A DNA stretch of 64,000 nt from Pelomyxa schiedti (Eukaryota; Protista; Evosea). The DNA is taken from the NCBI GenBank assembly GCA_020536535.1, contig JAHLWZ010000331.1, positions 1 to 64,000 of the forward strand, in the 5' to 3' direction. Made by a program: the position numbers and the translations under genes. Position 1 is the first letter of the stretch. Every line of letters begins with the position of its first letter. Of the stretch, positions 14,295 through 28,181 are shown piece by piece. The notes below the pieces were generated by a model. The model saw nothing but the letters and a program-made list of their open reading frames with translations. It ran no database searches and was not told the DNA's origin.

Positions 14295-16888
14295 ATGTCT
14301 TCGACAGCAAAAAAGCCGAGTGTGAGTGATCTATGCTCGAAACTACGTAAACAGCAGTTCCAGCCACCGGCGCGTGACCGTAAATACCACACTGCGCCGC
14401 CTCGCTTCACGGGCCGCATCGAGATCGAAATAGATCTGGATGGAGGCGGCGGGGGGAGTTCTCGCTCCATCCCCAAGTCGAAAACAATGAAGCTCGCGTC
14501 GCCGTCGCACTCGCCCATGCATTCGCCGATGCACTCGCCGATTCACTCGCCTCCAATGGACGAGCTGTGTTCTGGTTCTGGAACTTCTGGTATTTCTGAA
14601 GAAATTGAGGCGGACTTGATGGGTGAATTTGATGAACTCAAAAGCCAAACTTTGCCCGGCACCACTTCGCACAGGGCATACTCAAAACCTGGTATTCCTA
14701 TTCCACAGAGTTCTAGCTGGAAGGTTTGATTAACTTGTCACTTGCCGGCATTTTGCTAAGAGTTGCCATAGGTTATGTCCCCTGAGATGCAATCTGGATT
14801 AAAGGAAGGTATTTGGTCTTTCTTTTACTGTATTGTCTACTATTCCCAGATTTTTTAAAGTAACTCTTTTTTCTAAGGAACACCGCCATCTAGGCCTTTA
14901 ATGGTGCCTTTGCAACTGATACCTAATCAGGTAACTTATCTTTTTCATTATTTTATTTCCCTTTAATTTCTTATGGCAGAGTGATAATACAAGGTTTCAT
15001 TCACTTTCAATAAATTCCAATAACTTTCCCATGTAGCTGGAATGTTCCTAGTCGTGGTTCACATACTTCGTCGGCACCTCAATCCCCAGGCCCTCGAGCC
15101 CAACCTCTCTCTGTCAAGTATATCCTCCAGTACATGAACAAACAGACAAACATAACAAAAACAACAGGTCTCCAATAATGTCTCCTATCCAAACAGCCGA
15201 AGTGAAGAGATTAAAGCAGAAATTGCAGGTGTCTGACCCAATTTAACTAGTGTTATGTCAAAACTTCTTCCAGGACCACTTCCGTCAGCATGCACAGAGC
15301 AGTAACTTACTTGAAGCGTTTGAGGAACTGGAACCGTCAAAACCCCGAAGCATACGAGATGCCGCCACGCAAGTAACACTACTTTCACCATTGGTTATCG
15401 TTACTTATAAACCTTTGTAGACCATGTCACACGCTTCCACACAAACTAACGACTCAGAAGACAGCATTTCATACCAGTTTCCATTGGATTCTAGGCGCAA
15501 CAGTGCCCCAGAACTGGTCTCACAGCCCTCAGTTCTTAAACTCACCGCCAATGGTCTAACTTGTGTCAATGCCTCTACGAACACATACCACTCAAATAGC
15601 AATACCGTAACACCATCTGTTACGAATTCTTCTCTAACTACCAGCCCTCCAATATCGAGTGCACCTACAACGGTCCTCTCACTGCCTCTGATAACAACAA
15701 CCCCTGCTACACCCCCACTTGCACCTGAATCTTCCAACAGTTCATCTTCTCAAACCGGCCAATCCAAATGGCCAACAGCATCCTCTTCCACTTTTGACAA
15801 ACGTCATCAAAGATCTTTTTCAGATTCCCATGAATGGCCTCCCACCTCACAGGTGCAGGGAGGCTCTACACTAGCATTGCCGCCACCACAGGTAATTCCC
15901 GGAGGCTCTGCGTCTACTTATAGCCCCCATGCTTACCTCAAGCCATGTACATCTTTCCTTTCCCTATTTTATTCCCCTTACAATCAAGTAGCCACCTATG
16001 AAGCCCGGCACGGTATCCCTCTTCAAACAGTGTACTTGAACACTGATGGCAAACATCAGCGCTCCAGATCAGATTCTCAGGCTTCAGACGACCCAATCAT
16101 TAGGAAAGAAACTGAGAGGTTCAGTGGAAACATTACTACAAGGATAGTAACAAATTCCAGAATATTAGAAAAAGGGATTGCACGGCGTAACTCCATGTCT
16201 CGTCGAATCCCTGCTTCGCCTCAAACTTGGCAGGTACTTGCAGAGAGGTATGTAAATCAGTTGTAAATCCTTGAAATAAGTGGCTTTGTAGTCTTGATGA
16301 CATTCAAGAAGAAGTACGGAAAATTATCAAGCAAGCTAAAACCCTAGAGCGACAAATCTCAGGCATTGAAATGCGCACCAGAGCACCAGGTATTCTTTCT
16401 CATTTCTTTATGGGTTTTCATCAACTGGCGAACACACAGCACCGCGGCCTTATCAAATGATGTACGGCGGGGGAGGGTCGTCGGAGGATGACAACTATGT
16501 CACAGACGATGAGGAGGAGTACGACAGCAGCTTTGGCTTTGAGGAGGACAATGCCCTTGGACTAGCTGACAGTGGCGACAGCAGCACAACAATCGATGAC
16601 GAACCCGACCTTGTGTTCCGCGGGCACAAGTTCGTTACTCAACCACCACACGCGGGATGCCGGCCTTATCTGCTACGCTCCTCCTCTGAGGAGTGCCTTG
16701 CGGCTCCTGTAAGGTTGTTTGTTGATGTGTTTCCTCTGTGGGTGCTTGCTTACTTTTTTCATAGTAGTCCGGACAGACTGAAGTATGTGCCAATACAGTC
16801 CACCCCTACCTCCGCTTTTGGTACCTCTAAACACCTCTCCCTGTCTCGCTCTTGTGCTCTCCAGCAGAACTTGAATGGTACTTTGTAA
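14295..16888 (+). CDS. Hypothetical Ser/Pro/Thr-rich multi-exon protein
   Basis: ATG at 14295 (MSSTAKKPS), SP-x-H repeats, long exon 15424-16250, acidic exon from about 16457; GT-AG introns. 3' end approximate. Confidence 0.55.
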
Positions 16889-17039
16889 AAAGCTTAACCA
16901 AAATAAAAGTTACATATGTACAAAATGAAACAGGCGTTTTTTTCACTTTTTAATTTAAAAAAATCACGAGCTGCGATTCCAAACGAAGGAAATTGCGCTG
17001 CACATTTTCTATAAAAAAGAAAATGGTTTTTTTTATTAT

Positions 17040-19120
17040 TCATGTTCCTTTGTGGGTGTTGGTGTGTTGCTGGATCCACAATCTGGCCTCTGGGATGCGG
17101 GACCTGCGGAGGCAGTTCACGGTTGTGTCAATGTCCCACCCGAATTTCTTTACGGTAAACTCGAGTGCAGCTGGACAACACCCTAAAATGTATATCAAAT
17201 GCTCCTGAATGGTGAGTGTGTCAATGGCAGGGAACTTCTTGAGGATAAGCTTCCACGTTCGCAAATCAATGTTCTCAAAGGAGTGCCGCAGCCACTGGCT
17301 AAACATTCTTAAGACCTAGAAGAAGAATCAACAAATATCTGAGCATGCCATGTGAGGAAGCGAACCTCTGGAAAATCAATTACAAAGGAGTCAATGAGCC
17401 ACTTGGAGCATCCTCTTTTCCCCAGAGCAAGCATTCTGAAAAGCAGATGATTGTTATTCAGCTTCACATGAATTGCGGTGAGAGAGAAGCGCAAAATTAA
17501 GAACTTGACAACTTTGCTCGAGAGCGAATCAGACTCAGACAAAACTGTAGAAACGATCTCGGCTGAAAACGGCACTGATTGAACAAGTTGTGTTACTTTG
17601 GAGAGGTTTGCTCCATTGAGAGAAGCTTTTAGAACTATGTGTTTCTGGGAGTCCTTCAGAGGAGGAATTTCACGAAAGGCACCCTCAACCAATAATAGAA
17701 CAGGCCCCGTCTGCCGAGAATTGCATGCCAACTCGACTGCTTCGCGGAGCACAGGCACTGTTGCCTCCGAAAATCGCAGTTGTTGCAGGAGCCACTGCAA
17801 GCTTGCCAATTCCTCATCTTTTCTTGCCCCTGACATGTGGCTGAAGATATTAGCGAGGCTGGAGTTTGCCAGCTGTTGCGTGGCACTGATAAACTTGAGC
17901 ACATGGAAGGATTCTTCCAGCCAAACTGCAATGCACAGGTTTCCAGCAGAGACTGCCATTTCAAGTGCCTTGATCATATCCAATTGGGCTTGCACAGGTC
18001 CCAGCTGTGTAAGCAACCACTTCACAAGTGAGAGGTCTCCCTTGGTATTGGCACACGCTGAAACAAAATTCAGTGGTGTGACTGCAACCCTCTTGTCCAA
18101 AACAAACCACTTAATGACACTTAGGTCTCCCATCTGTTGACAGCACTTGGAGACCAGCTCCTCAGACAATTCAACTTGAAATCGGTCAACAAACCACTTC
18201 AGTATTTCCCCACTGGCAATGTACGGCAACAACCTTTGCCTTTCTTCTGAGGAGAGTACCGTCCCAAAGTGGTCCACCATCCAGTCACAAACCTCCACGC
18301 AGCTGTTCTTGTTGCACAACAGAGAGTGAAAGACATCTTCAATGGAAGATTGTTTTCTGGAAATTGGAACGTTTCCATACCACCATTTGACATGGAGTGG
18401 TGCCTTTCCCAGTACACATAAGTCTGCAAAGTTTATCAAGCAGTTTTTTTCAAGCCATGGAACAGAGAGGAAAGAGTTTCCCAATACGAGAATCTCCTGC
18501 AGCATCCACTTGTACACTTCAAAGTTCCCAAAAATGATTGCATACTGCAGTGATTTGATGAGTTGCCAAGGCTGATTCATTCCAAACTGTGCCACAACCC
18601 ACTTGACCACCTCAACATCAGCACCTCTGCTTGTGCATGCTTCATACAGTACACTCTCAGCCACGTCCTCTCTCAGCTCAGTGGCCTCCCTTTCATCCAC
18701 AGGCCACTCGAGTATTCCCTCCCAACAACAGCAACAGCAACAGCCACAGCCACAGTGGCCGCGGACCACCAGCTGACGAGCCATGTCGACGTAACCCCCT
18801 CCGCACAGCCCCTTGAGCACCGCGGCGCACTCTTTGGCATTGTTCCTTGTGGCCTTGTGCGCCAGGAGCCACCTCACGCAAGACCTGCAGCCGGCCATGG
18901 CCGCGCTTTGCAGTGCGAGGTAGGCCGAACTGCCGGCAAGGCAGTCCCTCTTGACCTTGGCGCAGGCCAGCGCCACAAGCGGGAACAGCGCCTCCCCGAC
19001 GCGGAACAGGTCGGCCACTTGCTTGCGGCCACCACTCCGCCTGGTGTTGCTGAGCCAGCCCGGGGACACCACGCAGTCCCACACCACCTTTGACACCCTC
19101 AGCAGCTCCTGCAGCTCCAT
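17040..19120 (-). CDS. Divergent ankyrin-like repeat protein
   Basis: 603-aa ORF with repeated helix motifs (EVVKWVV, FEVYKWML, LSVIKWFV, LSLVKWLL, GNLCIAVWL). A short 3' intron joins ORF 17040-17306. Confidence 0.7.
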
Positions 19121-19306
19121 TTTTTGTTGCAGTTCGAAATGAGGTGATTACCAGGATCTTCCGTAAGGAGTGAACGGTAGCATTCCCCGAGCGACCGCCC
19201 TTTTTCGTGAGGATCGGACTCTTGAAGTGAAGGCTAGCCGTTACTCGAAACGGCAGAGTCTTCGCAAAGAGAGCTGAAAAAAAAAAATCTGTTCTTTCGG
19301 GTTGTA

Positions 19307-21339
19307 ATGTTTCGTTCATTCCTGTCCCCCTCGAGTGGCTCAAGCAACAACAACAACAGCAGCAGTAGTACTGCTACGGGCAGCAGTTGGGGTGCTTCCT
19401 CTTCTTCCACCACCGTGGTCGGTTCCAACCCCCCGTTGGCCAGTTTCCCCGAACTGCCGTTTGGTGTCGTTGCGTCGCCTTATGCAGCGTCGGGCAGGCA
19501 GCCCTCCTCGTCCTCGTCCTCGTCGTCGTCGTCTCCGTCTGTTGCTGCCTCTGCCGCGCCCAAGTTGGTGTCCTTCACTGTGGGGGGCGTTACGTACGAG
19601 GGCGAGTGCAAGAGGCAACCTCTTGGTAGGACTGCGTTTTTTTTTTTGGCGATATTTAATTCTATTCTATGAATTAGTATTAACTATAAATAGGCACTCT
19701 AACTTTGTATGCCATTCTCCTTCTAAACAAATCCAAAAAACCCAGCGTCGAGACTGTTAAATGGTCCTATTGTTTTTGCTCCTGAGACAAGGGCCAGTGG
19801 GGAAACTGAGTTTGAGGAAACATATTTACTTGCTGAGGGGAAAGGTGCACCAAGACTTCAAGAAAAAGGTCACTCCTTCCTTACCATTCTCAGGAACTCT
19901 GTACCAAGTAAACCCTACAACACACGAAAAGGGAGTACGTGTCTACACAGGCACTTGGCATAGGGGGTATCCCATTTCTTTTCTCCTTTCTTGGATAAAA
20001 AGCCTTATTTCCCCCATAGTTTGAGGGATGGTGAGGGAGACGGCCTCATTGTTTGTGATCATTATCATGGGTAACGCGTTTGCAATATCCTTCTCTTACT
20101 TATCTTCCTTACAAGATATTGTGGTCAGTGGTACCAAAATATCAATACCACAAATCCAGAACCACTTGGGAAGTACAAAGGGGGCTGGTGTGTTACTTTC
20201 TCTGTATCGTAAGTAACGTGTTCTTCAACGACAGGAAAAAAGGGTTACTTCATGGTAGAGGCACACTTGAGGTGAAAGGAAACGTTGTTGAAGGAGAATT
20301 TCAGCACGATCAGCCTTTCAATGCTACCGGAGTTTGTGAATCCATTGCGGGTACAAAATTCAGTGGAAGTTGGTTTTCTGGTTTCTTCCATGGTACTTGT
20401 TATCACCCCTCATTTCTTACTGACATTAAATTTAAGGCCAAATAACTAGGATTGATGATAACGGTGTCAGGTCACCCAAAAAGCCAAGTTACTTTCAACT
20501 CACCACAGGTGCAGGTACTGTGGTGATGTAAAAAATAACAAGAAAGCTGGAAAGGGAGTGGAAACTTTTACACACACGGGCGGACAATATGAGGGTTTTT
20601 GGAAGGATGATAAGAGACATTTTTGTGGCACGGTAAAGTTTCTAGCTTCACTGTTGATTAGAACTTATCTCGCAGTATTTAGTTCACGTGGCCCAGTGGG
20701 AAGATAGAAGAACGTGAATATGACTTGGGGACACTGGTTCAGGTGCAAAACGGTTTCAAGTGGAGAGTGTTTGTCTAACCGTATCAGACATCTTCTCTCT
20801 CCCCAACCGACGCTGAGAGAGAGCTTGTGAGAACAAGAGAGACTAACCATACTCTGACCACAACATGTGAAGAATTGACAAGACAAATTTCTTTACTTAA
20901 GGTATTGTACAACTTCCACCCACAGGAACAACAACATGAGTAATAACCGAAATCCCAGTCCAAACTGGAGACTCTCGAATCCTTTGAAAACCAACTTGAA
21001 GAACTAAAGGCCTCAAGTACTGATCTAGAAAAGCGGGCAGTTTCCTTCAAGTACCTTCCTTTCAGCAAGACCTGATTAACAAAAAAAAACCCCCAAAAAG
21101 GACCGACCTCGAAACCGAAAGAGATAGGAATCGCTGTCAAATATGTATGGACAAAAATCGCGATGCACTTCTTATGCCCTGCTGCCATTTTCTGTATTGT
21201 ACTACATGTGTGAATGCCCATTTAGCCAGAAGCAGAACATGGTACACATTTCCTCAAGATACACCATTTTCACATTCAATCAAGTCCTGCATGCCGAACG
21301 TCTGTCAGTGGAATAATGAACTGCAAACTCACACTTTGA
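19307..21339 (+). CDS. MORN-repeat protein with C-terminal RING finger (putative E3 ligase)
   Basis: MORN-type units YTGTWHRG, YKGGW..LLHGRG, FSGSWFSGFFHG, YEGFWKDDKRH; coiled coil; CQICMDKNRDALLMPCCHFLYCTTC..CPACR; stop at 21337-21339. Confidence 0.85.
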
Positions 21340-21541
21340 CACGACCATTTGATTGTAAGTTTAAGTCGCACCTATGGACGCTTTATGATTTTTGATAGCT
21401 CTTAAACAGCCACGAGGCCTAAAGCAACTGTGATGGATCTGTAAGAACCAAACAACCAAAAGGGAAAAAAAAGAAGAAACCGAACAAGATCTTTGTGAAA
21501 TCACCTTTCAAAACAAACAAACAAAAAAAAAGGGAACGGAG

Positions 21542-23996
21542 ATGAGCGCAGCGGGATTGCCGTTTCCCAAGTTGGATGATGCGTCAAAGGCCGAGATCCG
21601 AACACAAGTGCAAGACAAGTTGAAAGAAATGTCCGCCGACACAGACATTCTTCCAGTTGTGTGGTTTTTTTTTCGTTTTCCTTTTCTTTTTATTCCTCCC
21701 CAATTTTGCCTCGTTTGGGACCCGCGAGTGAAGTGGTGTTGAGTAAAAATCGAACTCACGATCGATGTTTGGTTTGTGCACAGGAGTACGTTATGGTGAT
21801 GGTTGGAAACCAGAAAAATAAGGCCAAGGTGGCGGAGGAGCTAAAAGTTTTCCTGCACGACGCTTCTGATGGATTTGCTGATTGGTGAGTGGATCAATAT
21901 GTGCTCCACTTACAATTCGGCAGGCTGTGGGATAAAATTACACAGTATTTAGCAGCCAGGGGAGCACTGCCAAAGCAACCAGACACCCCAGCAAAGAGTT
22001 CTGGCTCTGTGTTCCTGAATCCACCACCCCCAGTTGATTCCACTACAACGATTTCCGTAGCACAGCCTGCAGACATTCAACTGCAACAACAACCAGCTGT
22101 TCAATCACAACTTGTAGATCCATCTCGAGAGTACCAAGGTACCAATTCACCTGGACCTTTGGCTTTTTTTTTTATTATAATATTAATATTTAAGTTAAAA
22201 CTATCCCAGAAAGCAGACTTTCATCAGTAGTAACAGACTATTCACAGGCGCGGGAAAGTGCTGCTGCCCAGGAGTAAATGCACGTGTAACATGTGCCTTT
22301 CCTAACGTGTATATTAGGCAGGTTGTTGAGCGGCGGCACAGCGTTTTGCCACATGACCCCTCCACTCCAAGACGGAACCCCAGACAAAGACTGATAGCAA
22401 AAAAAAGAATACAGCGTGAAGAGTATGATATCTTCTCATTCCCTCTGTCAGGTTTTATTTTTTTTTTAAATTCCTGTCTTAAAGAAATACTTTGGAAGAC
22501 ACAGAGGTTTGAAGCTAATCCACTTCATACATAATTGACATAAACAGGACCGTCCAATTGTCTCGCATTCTTCTGGTATCAGACTTTTAGCAGCGGCAGT
22601 TCAACAGTCAGTGGAATCAGTTGGGGCTCCAACCGAGGTGCCTGCTGTAGAGAATGAGTTCGATCGAACTGTAGGTTACAAAAGAAAACGGGAGGAACAA
22701 ATCCCAGTGGAGGGCGATGTGAAATTCACTATCACAATGGAAGAACCGGAAACGTTAATCCCGGATCTTTTGAATGAAGAGGTTTGCCCTAAATCTGAAT
22801 TGGGCATACACTCAACTACAAACACAGGCAATTGCACCCCCTCCAAAAAAAGCCACACCTGTCAAATGTCAATTCTGGCCCAACTGCAAGAAACCAAACT
22901 GTTCTTTCCACCATCCAACTGAAACTTGCAAGTACGACATTTCTAAATTATGTGTCCCTCCTAAACAAAAAAAAGATTATTCCCCCACTGCCCCTATGGT
23001 ACCAAGTGCTTTTATATTCACCCAAGTACCCCTTGTAACTTTGGAAGCAATTGTACACGGCCAAATTGCCAATTCACTCACCCCACAGCTGTCAACATTG
23101 TATGTCTGGTCTGTTTAAGCTCAATGTCTTACTTACAGTTGCTAGGTACCAGTTCCTACACCAATTATCTCATCTCCGTATATGCAATCACCCACATCTA
23201 CTGTGAAATGTGCGTATGGTCTCTCTTGCCATAAGCCTGGTTGCAAATATCTACACCCAAATCAAGCAAGGTATCTTCCGAAAGTACCCAACTCATAACT
23301 TATGGTGAATTAATTTTCTGTGCAGTTTCCCCCAGATTCCGCTATCCCCGATGGCCATGCCGTCCATGCCAATGTCTTTTCCTGTCAGTTCACCTCCCTC
23401 TGCACCTCCATGCAGGAACGGGTATGCATGCTCTGGAAGGTCTACTGGAACATGCTCCTTCTTCCATCCACCTGTATGTTATTTTTTCCTTGTCCTTCCA
23501 CTTACTTGAGACCAAACCTAAATCACCACTAGGAACCATGCAAGTTTGGTTCCAAATGCACAAGGCAACCCAACTGTAATTTTGCACACGGGAAAATATG
23601 TCATCATGGTGTAGCTTGTACTACACCTGGCTGCACTTTTGTGCACACTTCAGCTCCCTCTTCCATCTCCACAACATTTGAAACTGGAAGTAGTGACGCT
23701 AACGGAACAAGCGATGTCCAAACTCCCACGATGCCGCTATGCAAGGTACCTCACGCCAATCTCTTCTCCTTTCTAAACAACAATAAAGCATTACCCAAAT
23801 TGCACCAAACTGAATTGCAAGTATTATCACCCGACTGGCTATGGAGGCAAAAGTAAACCCTCCCCGCTCTCCACCCTATATTTCTCACATATCCTTAACA
23901 CGAACAGAATCCCTCACACCTGCAGAGAATGCCGACGTGGAGAGAGTTGTTGATAGTATATCAGCCACATTGCCACCCACACCTCCTCGCTCATAG
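21542..23996 (+). CDS. Nab2/ZC3H14-like poly(A)-binding CCCH zinc-finger protein
   Basis: N-terminal PWI-like segment EYVMVMVGNQKNKAKVAEELKVFL..FADWLWD; tandem fingers such as CQFWPNCKKPNCSFHHP and CNFGSNCTRPNCQFTHP. Confidence 0.85.
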
Positions 23997-24150
23997 TTGA
24001 CCCCATTCACCCTAAGACACCAAACATAAATACAGTCTACATAGACCAACCAAGTACGCTTATTTTGAAAGGCAATAAACCATCACAATACGGTTAATTT
24101 TTTTTTCCCTTTCCTTCGTTTTTTTCCCTTTCAAAGAAAAGGAGTACGAG

Positions 24151-25340
24151 GTGATGTGCGACCTAGAAGAGAGGGAGACGCGGGTGCTTGCCGAGTGCAT
24201 TATGGGACGGGAGCAGAGTGTTGCATTTTGCAGTTGCACGTTGTTGAGGTGTGGACAACATTCACCAGCCCGAGTTATGACACACTCAATTTTGAAAGAG
24301 CTGTCACAATTGTATATTTTGGGTGTGGTCCATGTTTGACCGTAACCAAACCAACCCAAAGAAAATAACACACTTAGGGAAAAAGTCCAGCTTTGCTGTG
24401 ATCATTACCAAATTTGCACCACAAATTGGGTGGTGGTACTTCACTTTTTCAGTGTCACATACATTGGGTCTTTTGGAGCCAAATACACATTCATTTCTCG
24501 TGAGGTCATGTGACACCATTTCCACCACCATCACGGCACCACAAGAATTTGGAATTCTCAACAACACAGTCTTGTACTCTGAGGATATCTCCACTACAGA
24601 AAGACCAATTTTATGTAATTCAAAGTGGATGGTGGAAATTGACAACGTTGCCGGAACTATACAAGTGCACAGAGATGTCTATGGCAGAGACCCGGCGACT
24701 CTGTGCCTTCCTAACAAACCCTGGTGGGTGTTGCAATCCCGCTATACAGCCACAGATAGAAACATCGGTGAGTACAATGAACTCTCTTTGTGGGGCACTT
24801 CTCAGGGGAAATGTGTATACGCAAGGATTGATCTAAGTCAGTCTTATCGAACGAAATCACTTGTCACAACTTACACCCTATGTGAAAGATTACCCCCGGG
24901 ATGCATGACACCCCCGACTTATTTCTTTGGGAGCCCCGATGGTGGTGCTTTGATTGCCTGGCCACACCGCGAGCAAGTTACTTTCCTCAATGTTAGAACC
25001 GGAACGCAATCTGTAATACAACATGGAGGTTTGGCTGAATGATGAACAGAGCTTGAACTAACTCATTCATTCCACAGGACGCTTCTTTGCCGTTGATGGG
25101 TGCAATTTTGCTTTTTCTCCACCAGAGATGCCTGAAGGAACCAACTATGAATTACACAATACACTCACTGGGGAGATAACACACAGGACTTTGTGTGGCC
25201 GCATTCTGGCCAGTGGTGGAGGCCTCTTGTTTGTGCTGGCAAAGCCTCAACTTATTGCAATTGATGGTTCCAGTGGTGCCATTGCTATCACTTGGAGCAG
25301 TGGCATTCTGCAGCAGTTCATCACAGTGGGCACAATATAG
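24151..25340 (+). CDS. Hypothetical protein of an apparently expanded lineage-specific family
   Basis: N-terminal REQ..AF..RCG..SPAR; FSVSHTLGL; CNSKWMV. Two plausible GT-AG introns join ORFs 24151, 24323 and 25128. Start approximate. Confidence 0.6.
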
Positions 25341-25404
25341 ACCAAAAACCGTATTATCATTATTTTACATATACGCCTTCAAACTTTTTTCTTAGTCCTC
25401 GTTC

Positions 25405-26278
25405 TCAGCCGTAGGTGGTGGGCGCCCAGACATCCATGCGAACTCGATGTTCATTCTTTACTCTATTTTTGTTGATAAGTGCCTCTCTTTTTGACAAGGG
25501 AAAAACCATACTTTGGGATGTCCAGTGTGAGGATGGTGCAGTTGACGTACCAGAGCTCACAGGAACACATACGGACGGAGCGCACGCAGAAAAGTGACTC
25601 ATTTATCTGACACAAGTCACTTGCTGTGGTATTGAACCACTTGAAGCCTGAAGATTGTGGCCAGTCACCGCCTTCTCCGATTTGAAATATGCCGTTCTCG
25701 GGCCATTCCCCACTTGCATTCCTCATTCTCAGCACGTTGTTAGGCATGCTATTACCAACAGTAGTGTCAGTCATCTTGCTCTTCAGTGTCACTGGCACGG
25801 AATGGTCCGTGGCCTGTGGGGTCAGGGAAAAAACGTAATGTGCGTACTGGAAGGAAGCATTGTGCCGAGAAGCCGAGGTCTTCCCCACTTCTCCCACGCA
25901 CACAAGCGGTTCCCCAAAGCTGAAATCCACCTTGATTACTCGGTTCCTTACGCCCTGCAGAGCAATGGGTGTTGCCGGTACACTGAAGTCTCCAAGAATA
26001 TGCCAAACGGATCGCAGGTCCAATCCTCCACTCCGCCTTGTGTTGTCACACCCAATGTTAGTTCCGAGCAAAGAGGAAAGTCCTGAGTGGCGTGAACCAC
26101 GCGCTTCGTCGGTCCCGACTTTCACTTCCAGGCAACGAGATCCTCAGTTCCTTTGATCCAGTCATCCCATAACTGCCTCAAAAGCTGTCCCTCCACACTG
26201 AGGGTGCGCACCCGAGGCCAGGCTCAATAACTGCCGATGCGCACATAGTTGTGGGACGATCCGTGAATACGGGCATTA
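25405..26278 (-). pseudogene. Probably degenerate member of the same family
   Basis: N-terminal blocks HRQLLSLASGAHPQCG and LLRQLWDDW lie in different frames with stops; downstream ORFs 25463-26125 and 25405-25602 overlap out of frame. Confidence 0.35.
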
Positions 26279-26367
26279 CTCGCTTGGAAGGTGACGCTGG
26301 AGCAAAGTTGCGGTTCCTTTTTCGGTAGTTTTAAGCGGAGGCGAAGAAAAAAAAATTTTTTCCCACC

Positions 26368-26407
26368 CGACTCAAAGAGAAATTCGAAGATGTCATTTTT
26401 ACCAGAG
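26368..26407 (+). promoter_or_regulatory. Conserved 40-bp upstream element of tRNA-Arg(CCG) genes (also 28070-28109 + and 37429-37468 -)
   Basis: All three copies align without gaps: CGACTCmAAG..AAA...GAAG.....ATTTTTACCAGAG. Confidence 0.55.
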
Positions 26408-26479
26408 GGGCGTTTAGCTCAGTGGAAGAGTATCTGACTCCGGATCAGAATGTCATGGGTTCAACCCCCATAACGCTCG
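26408..26479 (+). tRNA. tRNA-Arg(CCG) copy 1
   Basis: Cloverleaf GGGCGTT/AACGCTC, D arm GCTC/GAGT, anticodon arm TCTGA-CTCCGGA-TCAGA, T arm ATGGG-TTCAACC-CCCAT; A20 and G73 Arg identity bases; oligo-T Pol III terminator follows. Confidence 0.95.
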
Positions 26480-26528
26480 AACATTTTTTTTCTCCCAAAT
26501 GTTCAACCAGGAAATACTGGCGATCTGA

Positions 26529-28026
26529 TTGACACAAAAATACAGTAATAATGGAGAAGCTCGAGTACGATACCCACACGGCCGAGATCACGTACATGTT
26601 GTACGCCCCAAGTCAGATTCTACAACTACTATTTGCCGCGGAGCAGGCAGCAGCCTCGTCCCGTGGCGCCGGGCCCCGGGGGCGTCGTTCCAAGTTACTG
26701 CACTCCCGAGCCCGCCCGTCTCCTCCTCCCCGTGCCCCGTCGGGCTCGTGCCTCGCTGGGTGGTGGTCGAGTGCATCGGGAAGCGGTGGGTGCTGCGGCC
26801 CGAGAGGCGCGTCCTCGTCGAGTTTGGCGGCAACCCGGCGGACCCGACGTGGGACGGGCCCCGCGTGCGCCTCTTCTTCTCCGTCGGCGCGACGCTGGGG
26901 CTCGTGTGCCCGCCCGTGCCGGTGTCCGACCTCGCAGACTGCGTCGGGCGGCTTGGCGGCACCTCGGCCGTCCGCGGCTCAGGCTCCTGCGCTGCCCCGA
27001 AGCGATTCGAGGCGACGCAAACGGTCGTGGCGGACCTGACCACGCGCGGCCCAACACTTGTGATCAAATCTATGCGCAATCTGGGCGAAGGCTACAAGGC
27101 ATGCTGCAATACCAAATGGGTTGTCATCGCAAACCCTCCCAGTGATAATAGCAATGTTCAGCAAGGAATGCACGTGTGGAGGGTGAAGAACTCACGAGTG
27201 GAGGAGGCTGGCCGCAGATTTATGAGGTGCACTTGGTCTGCTTCTGCTCTATCACTGCGGTTCTTGGGTCAAAATGAGTTCGATTTTGAGGCTGATGTTG
27301 TGGAGGCAATTTTCACTGAAAAGAGAGAGGGTGAACACGAATATCTATGTGTGGCTCACATCGACCTGAGCACTGCTGAAATTCACTCTAGAGTGGTGTG
27401 TGCTTGCAATCTTTCAGAGAAGGGCATATCAACCAGAGCAATAACCAGGCCGCTTGTCAACCGGTCCGATTGGACCTACTGCTTTGTTCTCTTGTCTTCT
27501 TTTCGTGGATACTACTCTGCTGCACTCAAGATTCTGGTGGTAAACACGGGTAAAATCATAACATTGCTTGAAGAGTACCCATGCCGGGATATCACAGTGG
27601 CCACAACCGATGAATCACACCTATGCATAACAAGCAAGAGTTGCTCAAGGGCAGACGTGTATTCTCTCTCAAGTTTCCTCCTCTTCCTCTTCATCATCTT
27701 GTTTGCCAAATGTGACTCCCTGTCTTGTTCATTTGTTTCCACCTGGATCGAAAGTGGCCTCTGGCTGCGGACTTATTGCCATCAGTTCCCTCTCAATGGA
27801 TACTGATCCATTCTACTCTGTACTGATCCCAACGCTTTCTGAAACCTCAAATCCATCCGGCGAACAATCGTTCCACACACCCAAGGTTACCATGACCCAT
27901 CAGATTATTGACTCGACCACAGGTACCCTTATTTTCTCACAGAAACAGACCGGCACTCGGAGGTCTCTCCTCCCACTGGACATAAAGGCCGTTCCTTTCC
28001 GCTGCCCTTTCACAGCACAACACTGA
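26529..28026 (+). CDS. Hypothetical protein of the same expanded family, between two tRNA genes
   Basis: 425-aa ORF with FFSVGATLGLV and CCNTKWVV, echoing the 24151 gene; 3' exon to 28026; true start uncertain (ATG 26551 is in another frame). Confidence 0.6.
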
Positions 28027-28109
28027 CAAAAAAAACGTATCCCGAAACACATTCGGGTTCCTTCTCAACCGACTCCAAGTAAAATGTGAAGATATAATTT
28101 TTACCAGAG

Positions 28110-28181
28110 GGGCGTTTAGCTCAGTGGAAGAGTATCTGACTCCGGATCAGAATGTCATGGGTTCAACCCCCATAACGCTCG
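28110..28181 (+). tRNA. tRNA-Arg(CCG) copy 2
   Basis: Identical 72 nt to copy 1; followed by TAC and an oligo-T run. Confidence 0.95.

Noticed and set aside
26408-26479. Possible recoding tRNA (Trp-like anticodon arm with CCG)
   Set aside because: The TCTGA/TCAGA arm is also standard in eukaryotic tRNA-Arg, and A20 plus G73 indicate Arg identity.
26551-27145. Many overlapping ORFs in several frames (also 5134-5558, 18563-19343, 59773-60582)
   Set aside because: Explained by stop-codon scarcity in GC-rich patches; one frame in each looks protein-like.
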